From Trichodesmium erythraeum IMS101 (GTDB taxonomy: Bacteria; Cyanobacteriota; Cyanobacteriia; Cyanobacteriales; Microcoleaceae), in NCBI RefSeq assembly GCF_000014265.1, contig NC_008312.1, forward strand, positions 5,400,001 through 5,432,000: 32,000 nt of DNA, in the 5' to 3' direction. The notes under the pieces were generated by a model. The model was not told the origin of the DNA. It made no database searches and was given only the letters and a program-made list of their open reading frames with translations. The position numbers and the translations under genes are program-made. Shown here piece by piece: positions 8,697 through 17,306 of this stretch (position 1 is its first letter; the number at the start of each line of letters is the position of its first letter).

Positions 8697-9788
8697 ATGG
8701 CTTATAAGAAAGGTGAAAAAATTGGTAAATATATTATTACTCGTGATTTTGATAGCACTAATGGTGGTCAAGGTCAATGGGGTTTTGCTGAATACAATGG
8801 AGAAGAATATTTTATCAAAAAATTTCTCAATCCTGTATATCCCGAAGTAAAAGCACCAGGAAGTGAGAAAGGAAAACAAAAGAAGAAAGACAGATGTAAA
8901 GAATTTGAAAGAAAACATTTAGGGATGATGAAAGCCCTAAATTCTTGTGGTGATGGTGGTTTAGTTGTAAAAACTACGGATTTTTTTAAGCATGGTAATG
9001 AATTTGGCAGTCATTATTTTAAGGTATCCCAAAAAGTTGATACTAGCAATTTGTCTAATGAAGTTTATAATCTTGATTGGAAAAATAGATTATTTATAAT
9101 GCTAACCTCAGCTGGTGCCTTAAAAATGTTACATAGAAATGGCATTATTCATTTAGATTTAAAACCGGATAATATTTTAATTCAAGAGTGGCAAGGAAAA
9201 TTAATTGCCAAGATAATTGACTTCGATAGTAGTCTTATTGAAGGTGATGTAACACCTTCTGAAGAATTAGTAGGAGATCCACTTTATTTATCTCCAGAGT
9301 TTGCGAAACATATTGGCACATATGGTGAAGAATTACCACCTACTAATCAATCTGATGTGTTTTCTTTAGGATTAGTATTTTGTCATTATTGTACGGGAAA
9401 ATTACCTACTTTTTCTCGTAAGTACAATTATCCCTATGAGGCCTTAATTAATGAGGGAAAACTGGAACTACCAATCAGTTCTTTGATGAAAACAAAAGAG
9501 GAAAAACTAGTAGGAAAGGCTGTTTTTGAGTTAATAAAAAAAATGCTAATTCTAGATCAAAATAAGCGAATATCAATAGATGAAGTTCATGAGGCTTTAA
9601 AAGCTATTTGTAAAGAAAAATTACCTAAAAATTCTCCAAGAACTTCTCCATTAGAAAAGAAAAAAAAATTATCTGAAGGTAGTGGAATCAAAATAGGTTC
9701 AGATACAACAAACTCAAAAAAATCAAAAGAAAAAGAAGATTACCCAAAATCTGGTAGGATTAAATTTAATTTTCCCAAAAAGAGTTAA
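8697..9788 (+). CDS. Hanks-type Ser/Thr protein kinase (non-RD, DFD variant) with a Lys/Ser-rich basic C-terminal tail
   Basis: It has a Gly loop GQGQWG, the lysine in EEYFIKKF, the catalytic loop HLDLKPDNILI, IIDFDSS in place of DFG, and LYLSPEF in place of APE. The C-terminal approx. 60 aa are KKKKLSEGSGIKIGSDTTNSKKSKEKEDYPKSGRIKFNFPKKS-like. A strong Shine-Dalgarno sequence (AGGGGG) lies 7 nt upstream. Confidence 0.85.
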   Translation: MAYKKGEKIGKYIITRDFDSTNGGQGQWGFAEYNGEEYFIKKFLNPVYPEVKAPGSEKGKQKKKDRCKEFERKHLGMMKALNSCGDGGLVVKTTDFFKHGNEFGSHYFKVSQKVDTSNLSNEVYNLDWKNRLFIMLTSAGALKMLHRNGIIHLDLKPDNILIQEWQGKLIAKIIDFDSSLIEGDVTPSEELVGDPLYLSPEFAKHIGTYGEELPPTNQSDVFSLGLVFCHYCTGKLPTFSRKYNYPYEALINEGKLELPISSLMKTKEEKLVGKAVFELIKKMLILDQNKRISIDEVHEALKAICKEKLPKNSPRTSPLEKKKKLSEGSGIKIGSDTTNSKKSKEKEDYPKSGRIKFNFPKKS

Positions 9789-9860
9789 GGATGTGTAATT
9801 AAATCTAGTTACTTAATAGAAATACCTAATATAAAATTCAAGCTAGTCATATTGTACTAA

Positions 9861-10586
9861 ATGCCTATTTACAAGTGTAACGAATGTAGTCACGAATACA
9901 GTCAATTATCAAAACCTAGTGATTGCGAGGTTTGTGGTGCAAATAATTTTAAAATTGTAGAAGAAAAGAAGGACTTAGAATCTGAAAAAGTTAAAATATT
10001 AATTCCTTCCTTTATTGAGAAAACTATACTTAATGAAAATATAGTTAAGCAATCAGTATATTGGTCTCCAATTAGTAGATTTGCCAGGTTTAAAGATGGC
10101 TGTTTATTTCAGGAGGTTTCAAAACCTAACTGGGGTGAATGGAGTGTTTTGAATGCCAATTATTTACCTGATAATATTCAAAAAACTGATTACTCTATAG
10201 ATGTAAAAAAGGTAGATGGCCCTAAGGATTGTCTTTACGGAATACTTACTACAATTAAAGAAAGTAAATTCTATTATTTATTGATTACAAGTAATGGCTA
10301 TTTTTCTATGGGAAAACACTCAAAATCAAAGTGGAATCATTACATAGACAGAGAGAAGCATAGTTCTATCAATCAAGGTAATAGTATTAATAAATTAAGG
10401 GTAGTTACTGAAGGAAATTTAATTACAGGATTTATTAATGGTAAGAAGGTGGAGAGTTTTAGAGATGATTTATCACCCTACAAATCTACCAATATAGGGG
10501 TATACTCAGCAAGCAGTATACAAGGAAATGGAGTGGCTGTGTACTTTAATAAAGTTAAAGTTACAACTACTGTTTTGAAATACTAA
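9861..10586 (+). CDS. hypothetical protein: N-terminal CxxC-x12-CxxC zinc ribbon plus a C-terminal beta-rich (LamG/DUF1080-like jelly-roll?) domain
   Basis: 241 aa. The N-terminus is MPIYKCNECSHEYSQLSKPSDCEVCG. The C-terminal approx. 170 aa show alternating beta-strand patterning (DYSIDVKK, YGILTTI, YYLLITSNGYFSMGK, LRVVTEGNLITGFINGKKV, IGVYSAS, VAVYFNKVKV) that resembles concanavalin-like modules. The domain assignment is inferred by eye only. Confidence 0.6.
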   Translation: MPIYKCNECSHEYSQLSKPSDCEVCGANNFKIVEEKKDLESEKVKILIPSFIEKTILNENIVKQSVYWSPISRFARFKDGCLFQEVSKPNWGEWSVLNANYLPDNIQKTDYSIDVKKVDGPKDCLYGILTTIKESKFYYLLITSNGYFSMGKHSKSKWNHYIDREKHSSINQGNSINKLRVVTEGNLITGFINGKKVESFRDDLSPYKSTNIGVYSASSIQGNGVAVYFNKVKVTTTVLKY

Positions 10587-10637
10587 AAACAGTTCTGATA
10601 AAACAGAAAATATATATTAGAATTTACCATTAACTTA

Positions 10638-10874
10638 GTAACAATTCTAGGATTACTAGCAGCCACTCTCATAACTATTTCATTTTTACCTGAAGTTATT
10701 AATACTTCGTATACTTAGTTCTATAAAAGATATCTCCTTATAAACTTTTGGTCTTTTTTACTCAAGTTTATTGCTTTGGATAATTTACCCTATCCTTATT
10801 CAATATTTACCAGTAATGTTTTGATTTTGATTTCATTCTTACTAATTTGGTTGTTTAAGTTTAAGTGCAAATAG
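10638..10874 (+). pseudogene. decayed SemiSWEET / PQ-loop family transporter gene
   Basis: Three frame-shifted segments are visible: VTILGLLAATLITISFLPEVINTSYT*, then KDISL*TFGLFYSSLLLWIIYPILIQYLPVMF*, then SNVLILISFLLIWLFKFKCK*. Together they follow the SemiSWEET pattern (G-x-x-A-x-x-L-T-x-x-S-F-x-P-Q ... S-L ... L-W-x-x-Y ... N). The conserved PQ is PE here, there is no start codon, and there are at least 2 stops and 2 frameshifts. Confidence 0.6.
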
Positions 10875-11284
10875 CTAATATTGTTAACTAATGAACTAGA
10901 AAAAAATTAATCATTAAAATATAGTTTTGTTCCTTCAGAAATAGGTTAAAAAGAAGCTAAAGGAATGATGATATACGCTGATCTATTCTTAGCAATATCA
11001 ACTGCTCACTGCCGTTATTGAGATTATTTTACTACACTCCCTTGTAGCGAAAAAATGAACTGGAATGTAATGTTTTATCCAACTTAAGTTTCAGAATAAC
11101 AAGTAAACTAATTTATGGAAATTTATCAATTTAATGCCCGTTCAGTACAACTAATTAATAATAAGAAGATTGAAGTTCATTAATAGGTATTTCGGGGTTC
11201 TCAAAAAATTGGGTTTAAAGCCTTGAGTACCGATATTGTGACTTATTTTATTGATTAATATATAACTGGGTAGTTTCAGACAGA

Positions 11285-11840
11285 AACAAGGGCGCACTAG
11301 GCAAGCTTAACTTACTCTTCTTGCTCCTTTTCCGGGAGGGAATGGGTCACTATGTCAAAAAATTTAGATTATCTGGAGGGAAATTATCCTGTTCTTGGCC
11401 CAATACTTATACTGGGCTTGCATGGAGATACAGGTACTTTGGTGAGTTTGGCTTCTCAAAAAAACAAATTATTAACAATGGCCATGTGAAAAATCTCAAA
11501 ACCTCACAGGTTAGTAGAGGACATCATTAGTAAAAACTAAACCCATCATGAGGAGAGAACTAACGGAGTTTTTAGGCAGCTTCTAGGTAGGTGGCATTGC
11601 TGACATGGGAAAAGTTGGTAAGGCCTGGCCACGGAGATAGATAAAGGTGAGGTTGGCTCACCCTTGCTTAAGTTGAATTTTGATTCATACTCGTAAAGAT
11701 AATACAGGAGCAGGAGCACAAAGGGTAGAATAAGCGATCGCACCCTGGAGTTCGAAGGACTTACTAACTCATCCCAAACTTTGCCCTCTGCATTAAACAT
11801 AAATATATAAGTTCTCTCTTTGGCGCAGAGTGTTTTCATT
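11285..11840. other. G+C-rich island without a credible ORF (candidate structured RNA or relic of a mobile/foreign element)
   Basis: Individual 60-nt lines reach about 50% G+C (e.g. 11581-11640), against under 20% in the flanking desert (e.g. 12001-12060). Local hairpins include GGTGAG-gttgg-CTCACC (about 11647-11663) and GCCCA-N10-TGGGC (about 11397-11416). The two track ORFs (11321..11530 +, 11546..11839 -) resemble no family I recognise. Confidence 0.3.
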
Positions 11841-13206
11841 ATTCACAATTAAAAAAAATCAAAAAAAATAAAAGTGCTCTTTTTATTGGTTCAGATCAAA
11901 AAGAAAACTTGATTTTTATTATAAAGGTATTATAATTAATAGTTTTATTCATAACCTGAAAATAATCAAAGATTTTAGCAAAAATAGGAGTAAAAAAAAT
12001 TAAATTTGGGTAGTATTAAGTATAATATTATTAAGTGTTTTAAGATAAAATAGTAGTTATTAATCAATCATTTATTTAGTTAAATTAATTAACTATAAAC
12101 TGATAAATATGTTAAATATACTCTTAAAAAAGTTGCCTTGATACAGCAAAATTAGGAGAGTAATAATAATACTATAATAGCAATATATACAATTAATTTA
12201 TTTCAAGAACTAGATTGGCACTTACTCCTAATACTATCTTTTTAGGAGGGGATAGAGGTAAGTTGAAGATGGGATAGGAATTAATGGTAAAAGTTTCAAA
12301 ACACTTGAAAAAATTTATGAATAAAATAGACAAAATATATTAATAAATAGTGTGCGGGTTGAGTCAGCAAAAAAAGCTAATTATTAAATCGAAAGTATCT
12401 AAGAATAAAAAAAATCAGAAATAAAGCAAGTGCAAGAGCTGATAAGAGATTGGGTTTAACAGATAAATGCACTGTATGGTAGTAAAAGCCAATCGAAATA
12501 TATATACCTTTAAATACTTAGCATTAGCAAAAGTACAAAAACTAATTAACAGATATAAGGAAATAGATTAAAGTTATAGATGCCAAATTAGGAGAATAAT
12601 TACTGTTCTGTATGAGATAAGTAATGTCACTTAAGTTGATGAAATTGGTATACTGATCATATCAGTGATTAATAAAGAGTAGAAGCAAAAATAGATAGTG
12701 AGTTAAGAAAAATAAATTTAATTTTTACTTTGATAAAATTTATATTATTATTGAAAGTAATTTTTTAGAAATAGTCAGGTAAGCATTCAGCATTCAGCTA
12801 GACTCTTAGAAAGAAACTGCGTTTTAAATTATCAGCTATTACTTTTAGTTTAGATAAAAAATAAAAGCTGTATTAATTGAGCCATAACTAAATATTATTC
12901 AACGGCATTATATCTCTAGCTAATTGAGAAAATTGGTATTACTATAAAACCAGAGTCTTATTGATGAGAGATGAATGCTTACACAGCCATAATTAATTAG
13001 TTAAGGTTTTAAATACCCTAACTATACCTCTGATAAATTATACCAAAGTTGAAAATATTTTATATTACAGGGTAGGTTATAGGGAATATTCCAGCTCTTT
13101 ATTTGATTTTTATGCCTGGCAAAATTTAGGTATGATATAACTATAAAAAAGGTTGGTTTAGTATGTTTTAAATTTGTATAAACTCATAAATAATAACTAT
13201 TTAAAT

Positions 13207-14829
13207 ATGTCTAATAATCTATTTAATACTGAAAGTTTACTCTTTACTCCGGCTATCCCTGAATATAATGCTATACCAATTATTTTTGCTTTTCCAAATG
13301 AATATAGTGTAGGAATAACTAGCCTTGGTTATCAGGTTGTTTGGGCAACTTTAGCTATGCGTTCCGATATACAAGTTAGTCGTTTATTTACTGATATTAA
13401 TGAACCTCTCCCAAAACAAGCAGAATTATTCGGTTTTTCTCTTTCCTGGGAACTTGATTATGTTAATATTTTCAATATTCTGGAGTATTTTGAAATTCCT
13501 ATTAGAGCTAAAAATCGTTGGGCAAGAAATTATCCAATAATATTTGGTGGGGGACCAGTTTTAACAGCTAATCCTGAACCTTTTGCTGATTTTTTTGATG
13601 TAATTTTACTGGGGGATGGGGAAAATTTATTGGGATATTTTATTGAAGCTTATAAGGAAGTTAGAGGTGCTGAAAAACAAGTACAATTAAAACATTTATC
13701 TCAAGTACCTGGGGTTTATATTCCTAGTCTTTATGAAGTAACTTATCAAAGTATGGATGGTAGTATTAAATCTATTGAACCTATAGATAAAGATATTCCT
13801 ACTGTGGTACAAAAACAAACTTACAGAGGTAATACTTTATCTGCTTCTACTGTTGTTACTGAAAAGGCAGCTTGGGAAAATATTTTTATGGTAGAAGTGG
13901 TAAGAAGTTGCCCCGAAATGTGCCGTTTTTGTTTGGCAAGTTATCTGACTTTGCCATTTAGAAGTGCTAGTTTAGAGGAGTCTTTAATCCCGGCGATCGC
14001 TAGGGGATTAAATGTGACAAAACGTTTAGGTTTATTGGGTGCTTCAGTAACTCAACATCCTGAATTTGAAAGTTTATTAGATTATTTATCCCAATCAAAA
14101 TATGATGATATTCGGTTGAGTATTGCATCGGTAAGAACAAATACAGTGACAGAAAAGTTGGCAAAAATTTTAGCTAATAGAGATACAAAGTCGATTACAA
14201 TTGCTATAGAAAGTGGTAGCGATCGCCTCCGAAAAATTATCAATAAAAAGTTAGAAAATGAAGAAATTATTCAAGCTGCTATTAATGCTAAGGCTGGTGG
14301 TCTAAAAGGTATTAAGTTTTATGGAATGGTGGGTTTACCGGGAGAAGAAGAAGAAGATTTAGATGCTACTGTGGAGATGATATTAACTTTGAAAAAAGCT
14401 GTTCCTGGGTTAAGGTTAAGTTTAGGTTGTAGCACTTTTGTGCCGAAATCTCATACTCCTTTTCAATGGTTTGGGGTAAATTATCAGTCAGAAAAACGGT
14501 TAAGATTTCTGGAGAAAAAATTACGCTCAAAGGGAATAGATTTTCGACCAGAAAGTTATAAATGGTCGGTGATTCAAGGGTTGATTTCTAGAGGGGATAG
14601 AAGGTTATCTTTTTTGTTAGAATTGGTGAGAAATTATGGAGATTCTTTGGGTAGTTATAAGAGAGCTTTTAAGGAGTTGCGTGGTAAGTTACCAGATTTA
14701 GATTTTTATGTTTTTAATGATTGGGAATTAGAAGAAATTTTGCCTTGGAATCATATTCAAGGTCCTTTATCTGAGTCAACTTTGAAAAAGCATTTGGCTG
14801 AGGCGACTGTTTTGACAAGGAATAAGTAA
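13207..14829 (+). CDS. radical SAM protein with an N-terminal B12-binding-like domain (conserved cyanobacterial family)
   Basis: The CxxxCxxC radical-SAM cluster motif is present as VVRSCPEMCRFCLASY. A downstream GG-rich SAM-binding region is present (FYGMVGLPGEEEED). I prefer the ATG at 13207 (MSNNLF...) to the TTG at 13174 used in the track. Confidence 0.85.
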   Translation: MSNNLFNTESLLFTPAIPEYNAIPIIFAFPNEYSVGITSLGYQVVWATLAMRSDIQVSRLFTDINEPLPKQAELFGFSLSWELDYVNIFNILEYFEIPIRAKNRWARNYPIIFGGGPVLTANPEPFADFFDVILLGDGENLLGYFIEAYKEVRGAEKQVQLKHLSQVPGVYIPSLYEVTYQSMDGSIKSIEPIDKDIPTVVQKQTYRGNTLSASTVVTEKAAWENIFMVEVVRSCPEMCRFCLASYLTLPFRSASLEESLIPAIARGLNVTKRLGLLGASVTQHPEFESLLDYLSQSKYDDIRLSIASVRTNTVTEKLAKILANRDTKSITIAIESGSDRLRKIINKKLENEEIIQAAINAKAGGLKGIKFYGMVGLPGEEEEDLDATVEMILTLKKAVPGLRLSLGCSTFVPKSHTPFQWFGVNYQSEKRLRFLEKKLRSKGIDFRPESYKWSVIQGLISRGDRRLSFLLELVRNYGDSLGSYKRAFKELRGKLPDLDFYVFNDWELEEILPWNHIQGPLSESTLKKHLAEATVLTRNK

Positions 14830-15474
14830 GAAGCTAGAAGGTAGAAGGTAGAAAACTTTATTATTATAATTGCTCAATTTTTATCTGCTTAGGTTATATC
14901 AAGAAAACTTCTATGACCAAGATGGTTGATATTCATCGCCAATAAATCACTTTGGGTAACTGATATTCTTTGTGATCTTGAAGCACCCAATACTAGTATA
15001 AATATCATCAAAAGTAATTTTAGTGAGCTTAGTTGTGCTACTCTAAAAATTAGCTTCATTGAAAAACTCAAGTGTTGCAGAATATGTTGCCTTTGCAAAT
15101 TGACAATTACTTAATAACACAGTTAAAACTATTGCAACTAATTGTAATTTATTGTTAATATGTTTTTTTTATGGCTATAATTAAGTTGGTTTCTACAAGA
15201 TAGGATAAGCAAAAAATATTTTTATTTTAAATATATAATAAAGTATAATAATCCTATTTTAATAAAATGAAGATAATTACTTACAGTATTGCTTATCAGT
15301 CAATATTTAGAGTTAAGGAAAGATTTGAATAACATGAACTTTTAAGTTAGTTTTCATAAAAAAATATTTGTTAAGAGGAAGTAATTTTATGATTACTGTA
15401 CAACCAAATTTTATATTAATGGGCAAATAAAAATACAGCCTAAAAAAAAGATGAATTGAGTCAGAGGTTTAAAA

Positions 15475-15924
15475 ATGTTACACTTTCGCTATTCAACTTT
15501 AATTAATGCTCCAGTTGAGGTGGTTTGGAAATTCCACGAACGTTCCGATATTCTGCAAAGACTTACCCCACCTTGGCAACCAGTCCAAATTATTCGTCAT
15601 CAAGGTGGACTGGAAATAGGGGCTATATCAGAGTTTATTATTTGGCTTGGTCCAATTCCTGTTAAGTGGGTGGCCACACATACAGAATATGAAGAATATC
15701 GTCTATTTACTGATGAGCAAAAAGAAGGTCCAATGGCAAGTTGGACTCATCGTCACCAGTTTAGTGAGGAAAATGGGCAGACTAAGTTAACTGATGCGAT
15801 CGCATTTTCTTTACCTGGAGAATGGTTGGCAGAGTCTTTTTTGGGTTGGTGGGTAAACTCTCGACTAGAGAATATGTTTCAGTACAGACATGATGTCACA
15901 AAACGGGAATGTGAAGCAAATTAA
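15475..15924 (+). CDS. SRPBCC (START/cyclase-dehydrase-like) superfamily protein
   Basis: 149 aa. The pattern INAPVEVVWKFHERSDILQRLTPPW...TDEQKEGPMASWTHRHQF...GQTKLTD is typical of small SRPBCC ligand-binding proteins. Confidence 0.7.
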   Translation: MLHFRYSTLINAPVEVVWKFHERSDILQRLTPPWQPVQIIRHQGGLEIGAISEFIIWLGPIPVKWVATHTEYEEYRLFTDEQKEGPMASWTHRHQFSEENGQTKLTDAIAFSLPGEWLAESFLGWWVNSRLENMFQYRHDVTKRECEAN

Positions 15925-17020
15925 ATACCACTAAGTAGTCGAACACAAATAAACAGCTTTATTTGAAAATGGAATAATTTTTATATCAAAAATCACTCAA
16001 AAACTTTGACGATCAAAGGTACCTCAATAATCAATATTTTTCTAACATTTATTGAAATTAAGATTCACTTTATTGAGGATATCAATTTTTTCTTGGAGCA
16101 TTTATATTTTTAAATTATTATCTTTTTGCTTTGACAATCAAATATTTAAAGCTTCAATATAAACTTTCTCACTTGTTTATCTATTCTATAAATTCAAAAA
16201 ATATGTACTCTACTCTTTTCTACCTATAAATTAACTTGATTAAGTCATTACTTTTTTTAGATAAAGACATATACTTATGACTATTATTTTGAATATCTAC
16301 TATTATTTTAAATAATAAATACTGTCTTTTCTCAAGAGTTTGATGCATATTATGGAAGTCAAAAAATATGCTTGATAATAGCTTTTTTTACTTTCATATA
16401 TTGATGCAATAAATATACTACTTTTAAAAATTTATCTTCAATACTTTTGCATATAATTTGTTCGGGTTATTAAGTTCTAAATGATTATTATTTTATACTT
16501 TAGATGATATTAGTAATCTTTCACTATGCTTATACTTTTGTTCTTATAAATATTATGAATTTGTCTAAATTATCGAATATGAAAAACTAACTATTTTTGC
16601 TATAAAGTATTGACTATTGTAAATTAACTCCCAAGAATATTAAATATCCCTATACCTTTAAATTATATCATAATCATACTGAATTAGGATATATCAATCT
16701 TTCAATAAACCAACTTTTTTAAATTTTTTATCTGACGCGCCTTTAATTTTCCCTGGAAACAAAACTAGATAAAGTTAGATCCAATATTTTCTCCTATCTT
16801 TAGATGAAAATAGAGCTAATATTTATGAAAAATATTCTGTGCTACTATCTAATTCAAATTATCTTTATCACTACGCTTATACTTAGAATTAAAAGTATTG
16901 AGAAAATTAAATACAGTAAATAAATTAGTACCCTCATTACCGTCTTAAAAGGGTAATATAGATTCTTAACACTTATATTTATCAGCACAAATTAAAAACT
17001 TTATCCAATCAATTCCAGAT

Positions 17021-17306
17021 AATGTTAACTTAAATTTTTCCATAATTAAACCATTTATATACTGTCATCATTACCTTAAAAAACTATTTTAGGAGTTGTT
17101 ATTTAGATTTTTTTCTGTACATATAGTTCTAAAAACTCCCACACTTCTTGCCTCAAACCAATAAATGTTAATTTTAATTTTTCCATAATTAAATCATTTA
17201 GATACTGTCATCATTACCTTAAAAAACTATTTTAGGAGTTGTTATTTAGATTTTTTTCTGTACATATAGTTCTAAAAACTCCCACACTTCTTGCCTCAAA
17301 CCAATA
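17021..17306. repeat. tandem duplication, 2 x 143 bp
   Basis: Copy 1 is 17021-17163 and copy 2 is 17164-17306. There are 4 mismatches, all within the first approx. 40 nt; the last approx. 100 nt are identical. It lies inside an ORF-free AT-rich tract. Confidence 0.95.

Noticed and set aside
11116-11260. Possible Bro-N/KilA-N-like antirepressor relic (MEIYQFNARSVQLINNKKIEVH** ... GSQKIGFKALSTDI)
   Set aside because: Only a vague F-x-F-x-x-x-x-V pattern over about 20 residues, followed by stops. This is too short and too weak to support a prophage-remnant call.
11321-11839. ORFs 11321..11530 (+) and 11546..11839 (-) as real genes
   Set aside because: They show no family resemblance, have odd composition (Cys/Trp/Arg-rich, no clear domains), lie on opposite strands within one G+C-rich island, and lack good starts or Shine-Dalgarno sequences. 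They are treated as part of the non-coding island finding instead.
14889-15114. Antisense ORF pair 14889..15098 (-) and 14926..15114 (+)
   Set aside because: They overlap each other and sit in AT-rich DNA with no motifs. The minus ORF has a signal-peptide-like stretch, but a chance ORF cannot be excluded.
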